Below, in pieces: positions 1-9,290 of a stretch of 46,457 nt of DNA. Source of the stretch: Candidatus Nomurabacteria bacterium (lineage in GTDB: Bacteria; Patescibacteriota; Minisyncoccia; Phycocordibacterales; SBAW01); the NCBI GenBank assembly GCA_943348815.1, contig CALQYT010000004.1, positions 11,617-58,073 of the forward strand, given 5' to 3'. A model generated the notes under the pieces. That model saw only the letters and a list, made by a program, of their open reading frames with translations. It was not told the origin of the DNA and searched no databases. The number at the start of each line of letters is the position of its first letter. Position 1 is the first letter of the stretch. A program made the translations under genes and the position numbers.

Positions 1-41
1 CCCGACTCAAGGCAAAACACCCGATTTTGCAAAGAGTCGGG
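1..41. repeat. CCCGAC...GTCGGG palindromic hairpin (REP-like / possible terminator), at window edge
   Basis: cccgactc (1-8) pairs with gagtcggg, with an inner gcaaaa/ttttgc stem and a T-rich tract after it; the same CCCGAC/GTCGGG core occurs twice at 16943-16980. Confidence 0.55.
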
Positions 42-45
42 CGTT

Positions 46-73
46 TTGATTTTTCTAAAAAATAAACTACAGT
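46..73 (+). promoter_or_regulatory. Putative sigma70 promoter of the structured RNA
   Basis: TTGATT (46-51) - 16 nt - TACAGT (68-73); followed by boxA-like GTTTTTTGA (89-97), identical to the 9-mer in the 16S leader. Confidence 0.45.
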
Positions 74-95
74 TGAGTTAGGTTCTTCGTTTTTT

Positions 96-380
96 GAATG
101 CCCGGTGGCTCTGAGCGCATGGAGGTGAAAAGCGTTGGCGATTAAGCCGCTGACGCTGAAAGGGGACCTTCGGTCCACTTTGCACCAATATGGCAGACTC
201 CGGCATCTTGCGGTGACAGCTTCGATCACGGGTTTCATTCCCGGGTCTCACCGTTCGTAGGAGGGTCCGTCAAGGATCGCACGGCCTTAGGCCCTGGTCT
301 GGTGGCGGTGAGGGGGAGGGACGAGAGTTCCTCGTTTAGAATCCCAAACACGGTGGGTATACATTCCTGCCACCCTCCAC
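96..380 (+). ncRNA. Unassigned highly structured RNA (~285 nt) with a tRNA-like 3' domain
   Basis: Nested helices visible by eye: 131-140/148-157, cUUCGg hairpin 159-181, 211-216/248-253, 260-266/372-378 enclosing four hairpins. G-U pairs favour the + strand. Bounded by a promoter and a terminator; no convincing long ORF. Confidence 0.65.
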
Positions 381-387
381 GATTTTG

Positions 388-410
388 GCTCCACCTTGGT
401 GGAGCTTTTT
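388..410 (+). terminator. Intrinsic terminator
   Basis: gctccacc-tt-ggtggagc followed by TTTTT. Confidence 0.75.
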
Positions 411-494
411 GTTCTCGGCTCTTCCGCGAACGCTTTTTGCACGCCTTTTTATATGAGATGATTAAGATATATCAAATAAATCAAATATTTCTAT

Positions 495-845
495 ATGGGA
501 ATGAATAAAGGTCCGCAGATTCCGTCTCCTGGAGCTCCTAAACAAAACCAAGAGCAACAATCAAAAAGAAGTTTTGTAACTACTGAGGGTTTTCCAATTT
601 CTATAATAGAACAAAAAGATATTGAAGGGATTAAAGTGGGTGACAAATTAACACTAAAAGAAGGCGCCTACCGTCCAACATTTCGTGAAGATACTAAAGC
701 TGAAGTAGTTGGTTTTACTTCCGATGATAAAGTGGCAATCCAGTTGGATGGTGATAAGGTTGCTCTAGAAACCATTGTGGATTTTCAAAACTACTATGAA
801 AATTGGGGCCCCAATGGTCTAGATTTCGAAAAAAAAGCAGCATAG
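495..845 (+). CDS. Hypothetical protein (AT-rich, 116 aa)
   Basis: Protein-like composition, fills the gap between terminator and next promoter; no family recognised. Confidence 0.7.
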   Translation: MGMNKGPQIPSPGAPKQNQEQQSKRSFVTTEGFPISIIEQKDIEGIKVGDKLTLKEGAYRPTFREDTKAEVVGFTSDDKVAIQLDGDKVALETIVDFQNYYENWGPNGLDFEKKAA

Positions 846-879
846 GTTCGCGGAGTGCTTTTGGGGTACAATGTCTCTT

Positions 880-1629
880 ATGGCCCTTTCGTGGAGTAAT
901 CGGCGTAAGCTTCTTTATACTGCCGTCGTGAGTGTTATCGCACTCATCGTCGTTTATTTTCTCTACACGAGCCTTTTTAACCGCCCACCAACTTGTTTTG
1001 ACGGCGTGCAAAATCAAGACGAACATGGTGTTGATTGCAGCGGCGTATGCTCACTAATTTGCAAAAACGAAACCCGCGCACCCATAGTTTTGTGGAATCG
1101 CGCCTTCCAGGTGGCGCCGGGTGTTTATACCGCGGCAGCCTACGTACAAAACCCCAACATTGGTGATGCTGCACGCCGCGTTTCGTATACCTTCCAACTT
1201 TTTGATGAAAAAAATGTTTTAGTTAAAGAGCGCACGGGCAGCATCGACCTCCCGCCGGTGCAAACCGTGCCGTTTATTGACCCTAATATTAATGTCGGCA
1301 ATCGCATCGTTGCCAAAGCGATCTTCGCCTTTACCCAAGATCCGGTTTGGCAGCGCGCCGACCCACTCCCAACGCTGCGCGTGGGCAACCAATCGCTTGC
1401 CGCAGACGGCTCGCGCCTTTCGGCCACCGTCTCCAATACCTCGATCCAAGATGCAAGTCAGATAGTGGCAACCGCGGTGCTCTTTGACGCACAAGGTGTC
1501 GCGCGCGCCGCGAGCAAAAGTTTAATTCCGCTTATCGCGCGCAAGTCGTCGCAAGACGTTGTGTTTACCTGGAGCGGTGGCGTGCCCAACATAATCCGTG
1601 CCGAAATTACGGTGCTACCCAGCTTCTAA
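880..1629 (+). CDS. CPR-type membrane-anchored hypothetical protein with Cys/Asp motif (TCFDGVQNQDEHGVDCSGVC) and beta-sandwich domains
   Basis: N-terminal TM helix and Cys-rich motif; start moved to ATG 880, 7 nt after TACAAT (867-872). Confidence 0.8.
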   Translation: MALSWSNRRKLLYTAVVSVIALIVVYFLYTSLFNRPPTCFDGVQNQDEHGVDCSGVCSLICKNETRAPIVLWNRAFQVAPGVYTAAAYVQNPNIGDAARRVSYTFQLFDEKNVLVKERTGSIDLPPVQTVPFIDPNINVGNRIVAKAIFAFTQDPVWQRADPLPTLRVGNQSLAADGSRLSATVSNTSIQDASQIVATAVLFDAQGVARAASKSLIPLIARKSSQDVVFTWSGGVPNIIRAEITVLPSF

Positions 1630-2783
1630 TGAGCCCGCTGCGCTTTGGCAAAAAAAGTTCCCTGCCCGCCGGCGGGCGCGGTATAGACTGGATTGCTTTT
1701 TCGGCTGCTCTAGGTCTCTGCATTTTGGGGCTCGTAACCATGAGTTCGTTTCAGTCGCAGGACCCGTTTTTCTTCCGCCAGTGCATCTGGATTTTGCTCG
1801 GCGTCGTGGTATTTTTTGTCGCAAGTAAAATAGACTGGCGCTTTTTGCGTCTTAGTACGGTTGCTGCTGCCGTATATGCGGTCGTGCTGTTGCCACTCAT
1901 TTTTTTGGTAGTAGCAGGCCATGCGACCCAGGGCGCCAAGTCATGGTTTGACTTGGGGCCCTTTGCACTCCAGCCGGTTGAGTTTGTAAAACTCGCGCTC
2001 ATTATTGCACTTGCCAAATATTTTTCTCGCCGACACATCGAGATAGCCAACATCCGGCATATTTTAGTTTCGGGAGCTTACGCGGGGATCGTATTTATTT
2101 TGGTGGCTCTGCAACCAGACTTTGGCTCAGCAATTATCATATTTTTAATCTGGCTCGGCATGGTTTTGCTCTCGGGCATTTCGCGCACGCATTTGTTTGT
2201 AGTGTTGGGGCTTGGCCTTGCAGCATTTGCGGGGCTGTGGCTGTTTGGATTTCACGACTACCAAAAAACGCGCATCCTCACGTTCGTTCATCCGCTTGCC
2301 GACATCCACGGCGCTGGGTACAACGCATATCAGTCGACGGTGGCGGTGGGCTCGGGGCAGTTGCTCGGCAAGGGGATAGGCTACGGCACGCAGAGCAAGT
2401 TGCGTTTTTTGCCCGAGTATCAGACTGACTTTATTTTTGCCGCCTTCGCCGAAGAGTGGGGGTTTATTGGGATCGTATTAGTGTTTGCACTCTACGGCGT
2501 GTTGTTTTGGCGGATACTCGCTGCGGCGTCACGCGGGGCATCTAACTTTGAGACGCTCTTTGCACTCGGTGTTTTGTGTTATTTCGGCGCGCACTTTTTA
2601 TTGCATGTGGGGATCAACGTGGGGATCTTGCCGGTTACGGGCACCACGATACCGTTTATGAGCTACGGCGGCTCACACTTGCTGGCCGAGTTTTTGGCGC
2701 TCGGGATGATTGCCGGAATGCTGCGCTATGCGGGCGCCGCGCGCCAAGGTGCGGGTGTTGAGTGGAGCGGGTACGGGAGTTGA
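1629..2783 (+). CDS. rodA: SEDS family peptidoglycan polymerase RodA (FtsW/RodA/SpoVE)
   Basis: Motifs GAKSWFDLG..QPVEFVK, LQPDFGSA, GSGQLLGKG, LPEYQTDFIF, PVTGTTIPFMSYGGS; ~10 TM segments. Confidence 0.92.
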   Translation: MSPLRFGKKSSLPAGGRGIDWIAFSAALGLCILGLVTMSSFQSQDPFFFRQCIWILLGVVVFFVASKIDWRFLRLSTVAAAVYAVVLLPLIFLVVAGHATQGAKSWFDLGPFALQPVEFVKLALIIALAKYFSRRHIEIANIRHILVSGAYAGIVFILVALQPDFGSAIIIFLIWLGMVLLSGISRTHLFVVLGLGLAAFAGLWLFGFHDYQKTRILTFVHPLADIHGAGYNAYQSTVAVGSGQLLGKGIGYGTQSKLRFLPEYQTDFIFAAFAEEWGFIGIVLVFALYGVLFWRILAAASRGASNFETLFALGVLCYFGAHFLLHVGINVGILPVTGTTIPFMSYGGSHLLAEFLALGMIAGMLRYAGAARQGAGVEWSGYGS

Positions 2784-2804
2784 AAAGGGTTGTATAGTGG
2801 TGGC

Positions 2805-3737
2805 ATGAAGCCTTTAGGCGGTTTTGTCTGGCTCCCGCTTTTAATCCTGGCCGGTCTCATTATTTTAGGCGGCGGAACATATTGGTATACCCATCGCACA
2901 CTGGGATCATCTGGGGAAGGGGTACGAATCAATATTCTCTCCATCAAACCTCAACCGGGGCGCTCACCACTTGTGACTTACGAAATATCAGGGACTCTAC
3001 GCGAGAGCTTGATCAATTTAATCCGCGCTGATGATTTAAAAATCTATTGGTGGGACACCGCATCCGTCGGTGTCCATGCCATTGATCTCACTGGCCAACC
3101 GCGCAAGAGTTCGGAGCCAAGCACAGTGCCTTTTCCTGAAGGCAATTACTTTTTTAAGATCGAACGTTCCGGTGACACAGTTGCCACCAGTTCGGTATTT
3201 CATGTTCCTAGTAGTTCGTGGGGCGCAACCACCGCTGAGGAGCAAAAAGATTGTATATACAATGGGCATACGTACAAGAGCGGTACAGCCACGTATACGC
3301 CAATTTCTGGTTTGCGGGTCATTTGCAAAGATGGGCGATGGGAGAGCACGGCAGGAGGAGCTGATATTACTGCAGATGTTGAGAAGGAGACGGAAGTGAC
3401 TATCGACACGTCGTCTCTCGATTCGAGCTCAAGCAACCCCACACTTTCTGGCTCGGTTTCTCCACAAATAACGGATTTGGAAATAAGTATTTTCTCCTAT
3501 GATCCGAAGACTCATGGGGGTGACGAAGTGTGGGGGAGTGGCAATACTACTGTTGCTATTAAAAATGGAAAGTGGTCGGTGCGAATAGAGGTGCCCGGTG
3601 CCGCGACACCTTGGAGGCTTACGCCTGGCACCTACCAAGTCCTTGTGGATGGACGACCGCGCAATGATCCTTACGCGGGTTTTTATAGCTCCAATTACAA
3701 ACCTCTACGAACTGGCATTCTTACCATAAAGCCATAA
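2805..3737 (+). CDS. Pilin-like (class III signal-like) secreted protein with Ig-like C-terminus
   Basis: N-terminus MKPLGG|FVWLPLLILAGLIILGGGTYWY; beta-rich Ser/Thr-rich body; start 6 nt after TATAGT. Confidence 0.7.
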   Translation: MKPLGGFVWLPLLILAGLIILGGGTYWYTHRTLGSSGEGVRINILSIKPQPGRSPLVTYEISGTLRESLINLIRADDLKIYWWDTASVGVHAIDLTGQPRKSSEPSTVPFPEGNYFFKIERSGDTVATSSVFHVPSSSWGATTAEEQKDCIYNGHTYKSGTATYTPISGLRVICKDGRWESTAGGADITADVEKETEVTIDTSSLDSSSSNPTLSGSVSPQITDLEISIFSYDPKTHGGDEVWGSGNTTVAIKNGKWSVRIEVPGAATPWRLTPGTYQVLVDGRPRNDPYAGFYSSNYKPLRTGILTIKP

Positions 3738-3759
3738 AAATCTATGCTATTGTAGCCGC

Positions 3760-4620
3760 ATGAAGCCTCCACAAGGTTTTGTCTGGCTCCCTGTTTTGTT
3801 GGGTGTTTTGGCCGTGCTTGTGGTTTCTGGTGGGGCGTACTTTCTTACTCATAAATCCAATAGCTCGGGTCCCGGATCCGCTTCGGAGCTTTATTATGAT
3901 CAGCCATGGGCGGCAACTTCTTCAACGCTCGTTGCAAATCCAACCAGCGGTCCGGCGCCGCTTAAAGTTAGGTTTACTACTGACGCAGGGGAAAGATCTT
4001 CTATTGATTTGGGTGATGGAAAAGACAGAGTAAATTACCTTTCTTTTGAAGGAAAAAACTGTACACCCACACTATGTAGAGGTGAGTATACCTACACTGA
4101 GCCAGGAAAATATTACGCACGAGTTACAGATGAGGTTGGCGGGACCATGGCCACGGCAGAAATTGTTGTCACTTCTCCATCTAATACTCCCAAACAATCC
4201 ATTTCTGTCCCCGGCATGAGCAAGTACACCGACACCGACTTTGGCTTTTCTTTTTGGTATCCGAGTACCTGGCAAGTCGAAGTAGATAGTTATGACAGTG
4301 ACCAACTCGACGTTGGTCCAGCGAGCGCGCCGTTTGTAACAATTCGAAAAATACATTCCGTGGTCACATCCTCAGATGTTGTTGGGACAACCATGGGGGG
4401 ACTCCTTATGATTGATGCACATGCACACAAGACAGAATGGGTGTATTACGTTCCATTTGGATCCCGCGGCTTTTTACAAGTCGCCCAACAGGGTTATGAC
4501 CTATCCCAGGGTTATCTTTCCGCAACAATCATGGCCATCGACCCGTCGGTCGCGATACCAGTAAGTGCAACCGAACAAATAAAGATTATTCAGGCCGAAA
4601 AAGATGCGTACGCTCAATAA
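3760..4620 (+). CDS. Pilin-like secreted protein with PKD-like and PsbP-like segments
   Basis: N-terminus MKPPQG|FVWLPVLLGVLAVLVVSGGAYF; PKD signature PTSGPAPLKVRF...DLGDG...YTYTEPGKY; YTDTDFGFSFWYP. Confidence 0.72.
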   Translation: MKPPQGFVWLPVLLGVLAVLVVSGGAYFLTHKSNSSGPGSASELYYDQPWAATSSTLVANPTSGPAPLKVRFTTDAGERSSIDLGDGKDRVNYLSFEGKNCTPTLCRGEYTYTEPGKYYARVTDEVGGTMATAEIVVTSPSNTPKQSISVPGMSKYTDTDFGFSFWYPSTWQVEVDSYDSDQLDVGPASAPFVTIRKIHSVVTSSDVVGTTMGGLLMIDAHAHKTEWVYYVPFGSRGFLQVAQQGYDLSQGYLSATIMAIDPSVAIPVSATEQIKIIQAEKDAYAQ

Positions 4621-5729
4621 AGTTTCAACGTTTCTTTAACCATCCTCTCCAAACTAAATTTTTCGCGGACGGATTTTTGGAGGGTTTCGGCAAATTTAAT
4701 ACGTAAGTCGGGGTTTTCGGCCAAGCGTTGCAAGGCGTCGGCCAACGCATGTTGGTTTTCGCGCTCAACGAGCAAACCCGAGACGCCGCTTTCAATTACT
4801 TCGGGCACTCCACCCACGTCGCTTGCCACGGTGGGTAGCCCCGCAAAACCCGCCTCAATAAGTGCGTAGGCTAATGCTTCGGTACGCGAGGGGAGCGCAA
4901 AAAGATCAAACGCTTTTAAGTAGCGCCAACCATCTGGTATAAATCCAACCAAGTGAATTTGCTCGGCGAGCCCGAGTTCGTCCGCCAGAGTCTCCAAAAA
5001 ATTCCGCTCCTCACCCTCACCCAACACCACTGCATGCAACACCATGCCGTGTTGTTTTAGTTCGTAGAGTGCACGCACAAGGGTATGCAAACTTTTGTTC
5101 CAGGTTAGTTCAGCCAAACCACCGATATACAACCCGTCGCCAAACTGCAGGGGGAGCGCGGCGCGCGCCTCTTCTCGATTTAAAAACTCCGGCTCGGCTA
5201 TCCCAAGTTGCACCAGCACGAGCTTGCGCTGTACAAACGGCATAGTGCGCGCGCCGCGCAAAATCGCCCGCGACACCGCAATGGTGTGATGCGAAAGTAA
5301 GACGGTTATATAGTGCGCCCACCAAAAAATCCACCGCTGCCAAAAAGGCCTATCTTCATTAAACGCCCAACCATGTGCAGTAAACAGTATTTTTTTGATG
5401 CCCAAAACCCGGGCAGCAAGTGCACCAAGTATTCCGGCTTTGGAACTATTTAAATGCACAACGTCGGGTCCTAGCTCGTTTATGAGTCTATAGATATCGC
5501 GATACGCGCCGGCGTCTCGGGTCGAAACATCGCGCCCCAAATTACCCAAAAGTCGCCCCTCAACCCCGGCTTTTTTGAGACGTTCGGCGAGAGCGCCCTC
5601 CTGTCCGTAGGCCACAACCACGCTATGCCCGGTAGCTTTGGCAGCCGTGGCCAAATCAAAGACATAGCGCTGCGCGCCACCCCAATTTGCCTTGGTAACT
5701 ATGTATAAAATGCGCTTTGGAACGTCCAT
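4614..5729 (-). CDS. Glycosyltransferase family 4 (GT-B)
   Basis: GGAQRYV, DVVHLNSSKAG, FTAHGW, PSRTEALAYALIEA, DVGGVPEVI; start moved to MDVPKR. Confidence 0.9.
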   Translation of the reverse strand: MDVPKRILYIVTKANWGGAQRYVFDLATAAKATGHSVVVAYGQEGALAERLKKAGVEGRLLGNLGRDVSTRDAGAYRDIYRLINELGPDVVHLNSSKAGILGALAARVLGIKKILFTAHGWAFNEDRPFWQRWIFWWAHYITVLLSHHTIAVSRAILRGARTMPFVQRKLVLVQLGIAEPEFLNREEARAALPLQFGDGLYIGGLAELTWNKSLHTLVRALYELKQHGMVLHAVVLGEGEERNFLETLADELGLAEQIHLVGFIPDGWRYLKAFDLFALPSRTEALAYALIEAGFAGLPTVASDVGGVPEVIESGVSGLLVERENQHALADALQRLAENPDLRIKFAETLQKSVREKFSLERMVKETLKLY

Positions 5730-5767
5730 GGCGGTAGGCGGGTTATATGCTATTGTAACCGACAACA

Positions 5768-7129
5768 ATGGCTTTTAGTGGCAGAGGACTCGTATTTGCG
5801 GGGGATCTACTAGCGTTCGCCCTTTCGCTATGGGTAACGTTGCTGCTGCGTTACGGGGGGCTGCCGTCGCCCGAGTTGCTGGCAATCCACGTGGTGCCGT
5901 TTGCCCTGCTGTTTTTGCTGTGGGCGCTCGTGTTTTATATGGCGGGGCTTTACACCAAGCGTGCGCTACTTTCGCAGTCCGAACTTGCGGGCGCGCTGTT
6001 GCGCACGCAGCTCTTAAACATCATGCTCGCGGGGCTTTTCTTTTTTGTAACGCCGGTTGGTATTACGCCCAAAACGACACTCGCTTTATATTTGGTCGTT
6101 TCGCTCGCGCTTATTTTTATTTGGCGACTCATGCTCTTGCCGCGCATTGCCTACCCATCGGCACGCGAGCGTGCGGCCTTGGTTGGTAGTGGCGCTGATG
6201 CTACTGAGTTGGTCGCGGAAGTTAATAAAAATCCACGCTACCGATTGGAGTTTGTAGTGCATCAGACCTCGCAAGAAGTAGTGGACAATTTCGAAAAGTT
6301 TGCCGCACGTTTGCAGGGTGAGCGGGTCACTATGTTGGTGGTCGACACCAGCGATGAGACACTCAAGCCCGCACTCGAGCGCATTTACGCGCTGTCATTT
6401 TTGCACGAGCGCTATTACTTTGCCGACCTGTACCGCGTATATGAAGAAATTTTTGACCGCGTGCCCCTCTCGCTGTTGCGGTACGATTGGTTTTTAAAAA
6501 ACCTTTCTTTAACTCCGTCCGGCTTTTACTCAATAGTTAAACGGCTGATCGACATCGTGGGCGCACTGTTGATGGGCGTACTTACCGTCATTATTACGCC
6601 GCTCGTGTGGTTTGCCATACAGTTTGAGGGCTCGGGCAATTTGTTTATTGCCCAAGAACGCCTCGGGCAATATGGCGACCCGTTGCGCGTCTATAAATTT
6701 GGCAGCATGCGGTTTAACAAAACAGCATCCAGTGAGTGGACTATCGAAGAAAAGCAGCACAACCCGGTTACTAAAGTGGGTGCATTTTTACGCCGCACGT
6801 CGCTCGACGAATTTCCGCAGTTTATAAGTATTTTGCGCGGCGAGATGTCTTTGGTTGGCCCACGCAACGATATTATGGGGCTCGGTATGCGGCTCGCCGA
6901 AACGCTGCCGTATTATATGGCTCGCTATATGGTTAAACCGGGGATCACCGGTTGGGCACAAATTAACCAGCGTTACGAGCCGGGCAACATTTCGCCGCAA
7001 TCGATTGAGGAAACCAAAGGCCGTTTGGCATATGATTTTTATTACGTCAAAAACCGCTCGCTCGCGCTCGACATTCTTATCCTGCTGCGCACGGTTAAAC
7101 GTATGCTCTTTCGCGTGAGCCCTTGGTAA
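5768..7129 (+). CDS. Polyprenyl-phosphate sugar-1-phosphate transferase (WcaJ/WbaP-like)
   Basis: N-terminal TMs plus KRLIDI, YKFGSM, FLRRTSLDEFPQ, GEMSLVGPR, KPGITGWAQIN. Confidence 0.92.
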   Translation: MAFSGRGLVFAGDLLAFALSLWVTLLLRYGGLPSPELLAIHVVPFALLFLLWALVFYMAGLYTKRALLSQSELAGALLRTQLLNIMLAGLFFFVTPVGITPKTTLALYLVVSLALIFIWRLMLLPRIAYPSARERAALVGSGADATELVAEVNKNPRYRLEFVVHQTSQEVVDNFEKFAARLQGERVTMLVVDTSDETLKPALERIYALSFLHERYYFADLYRVYEEIFDRVPLSLLRYDWFLKNLSLTPSGFYSIVKRLIDIVGALLMGVLTVIITPLVWFAIQFEGSGNLFIAQERLGQYGDPLRVYKFGSMRFNKTASSEWTIEEKQHNPVTKVGAFLRRTSLDEFPQFISILRGEMSLVGPRNDIMGLGMRLAETLPYYMARYMVKPGITGWAQINQRYEPGNISPQSIEETKGRLAYDFYYVKNRSLALDILILLRTVKRMLFRVSPW

Positions 7130-7131
7130 CC

Positions 7132-8199
7132 ATGAAGCGCACCTTACTTATTACCGGGGCGGCAGGCTATGTGGGCACGATGTTGGTGCAGCGTTTTGCC
7201 GCGCGCGAGGATGTGGAGAAAATAATCGGTCTCGACAAAGAGCCCATCCCCGATGTTTTGAAGGGCGAGAAAAAGCTCGTTTATCTGCAAAAAAATACGG
7301 TAGATGACTGGGAGGCCGAGGTTGCCGCGCACAAACCAACGATTGTCATCCATACCGCGTGGCAAATACGCGAGTTTTATGGCGTGCGCGGCAAGTTGGG
7401 TTGGCAGTGGAATATCGACGGCTCGGACAAGATCTTTGATTTTTGTTTTAAAAATCCGGTTGAGCGTTTGGTATATTTTTCGACCGTTGCATCTTACGGT
7501 GCATACTCGAGCAACACGATTGAGCATCGATTTACTGAAGACGAGCCTTTCCGCAAAAGCGATTATAGTTATGCCGAGGAAAAACGAGTTACAGAAATAC
7601 ATTTAGAAGAGCGCTACAAAAATCGTACCAATAAAAATATTGCGGTAAGTATCGTGCGCCCGGCTGCCATTACTGGTCCGCGCGGACGTTTTATGCGCAT
7701 ACGCTTTGGCTTGCAGTCGACGCTTTCGGGTCAAATGCGCGGCGCGTTTATCTACAAACTTATTTCGGCAATGGTTGCCTTTGTACCGGTCACGCCCAAG
7801 TGGGTGCGGCAATTTATCCACGAAGACGATGTGGTGGGGATCGTCGAGCGTTTGGCGTTTGGTGAACGGGCAGGGGATTACGAAGTATTTAATATCTGCC
7901 CGGCGGGCGCGGTCGTGCGGGGGAGTGATATGGCCAAAGCGGTGGGCAAAAAAACGTTGCCCGTGTATCCGTGGATGGTACGCATGGCCTTCTTTATTTT
8001 TTGGCACCTAACGCGCGGCAAAATCCCGACCGGCCGCGGCGCGTGGAAGGGCTACTCCTACCCGATCGCGGTTGATGGCTCGAAGGTAACGCGCAAGCTC
8101 GGCTACGTTTATACATATCCAGGCATGGACGCCTTTTATTACACCGATGGTTTGTACGCTTCGTTTGTGCCCGAGGAGTTGCGGCGGCCTAAAAACTAG
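7132..8199 (+). CDS. NAD-dependent epimerase/dehydratase (extended SDR)
   Basis: ITGAAGYVG Rossmann motif, YAEEK (YxxxK), QFIHEDDV. Confidence 0.88.
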   Translation: MKRTLLITGAAGYVGTMLVQRFAAREDVEKIIGLDKEPIPDVLKGEKKLVYLQKNTVDDWEAEVAAHKPTIVIHTAWQIREFYGVRGKLGWQWNIDGSDKIFDFCFKNPVERLVYFSTVASYGAYSSNTIEHRFTEDEPFRKSDYSYAEEKRVTEIHLEERYKNRTNKNIAVSIVRPAAITGPRGRFMRIRFGLQSTLSGQMRGAFIYKLISAMVAFVPVTPKWVRQFIHEDDVVGIVERLAFGERAGDYEVFNICPAGAVVRGSDMAKAVGKKTLPVYPWMVRMAFFIFWHLTRGKIPTGRGAWKGYSYPIAVDGSKVTRKLGYVYTYPGMDAFYYTDGLYASFVPEELRRPKN

Positions 8200-8203
8200 A
8201 CGC

Positions 8204-8277
8204 TTGTAAAGCGTGTGGTGTAGTGCTAACGTTCGCGGTGGAACGATCCCGTTCCGCAACCTAGTGGCCCAAGGAGG
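8204..8277 (+). promoter_or_regulatory. galE promoter, leader hairpin and canonical SD
   Basis: TTGTAA (8204-09) - 17 nt - TAACGT (8227-32) with upstream TG; hairpin ggaacg-atcc-cgttcc; AAGGAGG at 8271-77. Confidence 0.65.
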
Positions 8278-8282
8278 CTCGC

Positions 8283-9251
8283 ATGACTGTGCTCGTCACA
8301 GGCGGCGCGGGCTTCATCGGAGCTCACGTCGTCAAAAAGCTACTCGCCAAAAAAGAAAAAGTGGTGGTGGTCGATGATCTCTCTAGCGGGTGGGCGGGTC
8401 GCATGCCTATCAACATCCCTTTCGAGATAGGCGATATTGCCGATACGGCTTTCTTACGGTCGGTCTTTCGACGGTACTCTATCTCGGCAGTGGTTCATCT
8501 CGCGGGTTCAATCTTGGTCGGAGACTCGATCAAGTATCCGTTGTTGTATCATCGGAACAATGTCGTCGCTTCGCACACGCTACTTACGGTGATGCTTGAG
8601 TTTGGAGTGAGGACGATCGTCTTCTCTTCTTCCGCGGCGGTGTATGGTGACCCAAGCCAGACACCGGTAACCGAAGAGGCCGACTTAAGGCCGGTCAATC
8701 CGTATGGGTGGAACAAGCTCACCACGGAAATGATGCTTCGGGACTATGCCAAGGCCTATGGGTTGCGATACGTGGCTTTGCGGTATTTCAATGCCGCTGG
8801 GCCTGGTTATCGGCGGAGGCCAGCTTCGCATCTTATCCCGCGGGCGGTGCACGCGGTGCTTGGGATCGAGCCATACTTTAGGCTCAATGGTGCGGACTAT
8901 CCAACTAGGGATGGCACCTGTGACCGCGACTACGTCCATGTGGAAGACCTCGCCGACGCACACTATGTGGCGTGGTGGTATCTGCTCAATGGGGGGACTA
9001 GCCTCGCGCTCAATTGCGGAGGAGGTAAACCCTATTCCAACTTGGAGGTGCTCCAAAAAATTAGGAGCATTTCCGGCGTTGACTTTCCGATCGAAATCGG
9101 TCCGCGCCGGCAAGGGGATCCAGCCAGCCTGGTTGCCCATATTGGGTTGATCCGCGAAACCTTAGGTTGGGTACCCAAACTTGGTCTTGAGACTATGATC
9201 GGAAACGAGCTCGAGTTCGCTCGCATGTACCTCAGTAAACCCACCGCTTAG
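8283..9251 (+). CDS. galE: UDP-glucose 4-epimerase
   Basis: VTGGAGFIG, FSSSAAVYG, NPYGWNK, LRYFNAAG, DYPTRDGTCDRDYVHVEDLA, RRQGDPASL. Confidence 0.9.
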   Translation: MTVLVTGGAGFIGAHVVKKLLAKKEKVVVVDDLSSGWAGRMPINIPFEIGDIADTAFLRSVFRRYSISAVVHLAGSILVGDSIKYPLLYHRNNVVASHTLLTVMLEFGVRTIVFSSSAAVYGDPSQTPVTEEADLRPVNPYGWNKLTTEMMLRDYAKAYGLRYVALRYFNAAGPGYRRRPASHLIPRAVHAVLGIEPYFRLNGADYPTRDGTCDRDYVHVEDLADAHYVAWWYLLNGGTSLALNCGGGKPYSNLEVLQKIRSISGVDFPIEIGPRRQGDPASLVAHIGLIRETLGWVPKLGLETMIGNELEFARMYLSKPTA

Positions 9252-9270
9252 ACGCGGTGGGTTTTTTCTT
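9237..9270 (+). terminator. Intrinsic terminator of galE
   Basis: aaacccaccgc-ttagac-gcggtgggttt followed by a T tract. Confidence 0.8.
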
Positions 9271-9290
9271 TGTGTGCTAGGATGTGCAAA

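Noticed and set aside
96-380. Calling the structured region tmRNA, RNase P RNA, SRP RNA or a true tRNA
   Set aside because: No G3-U70 acceptor, no TTCGA T-loop, no CCA or tag ORF, no GAGGAAAGUCC, no SRP loop motif; the arms are too long for a tRNA. Left unassigned.
302-508. 68-aa ORF in the supplied track
   Set aside because: Runs through the RNA cloverleaf and the terminator, has no start signal and is not protein-like.
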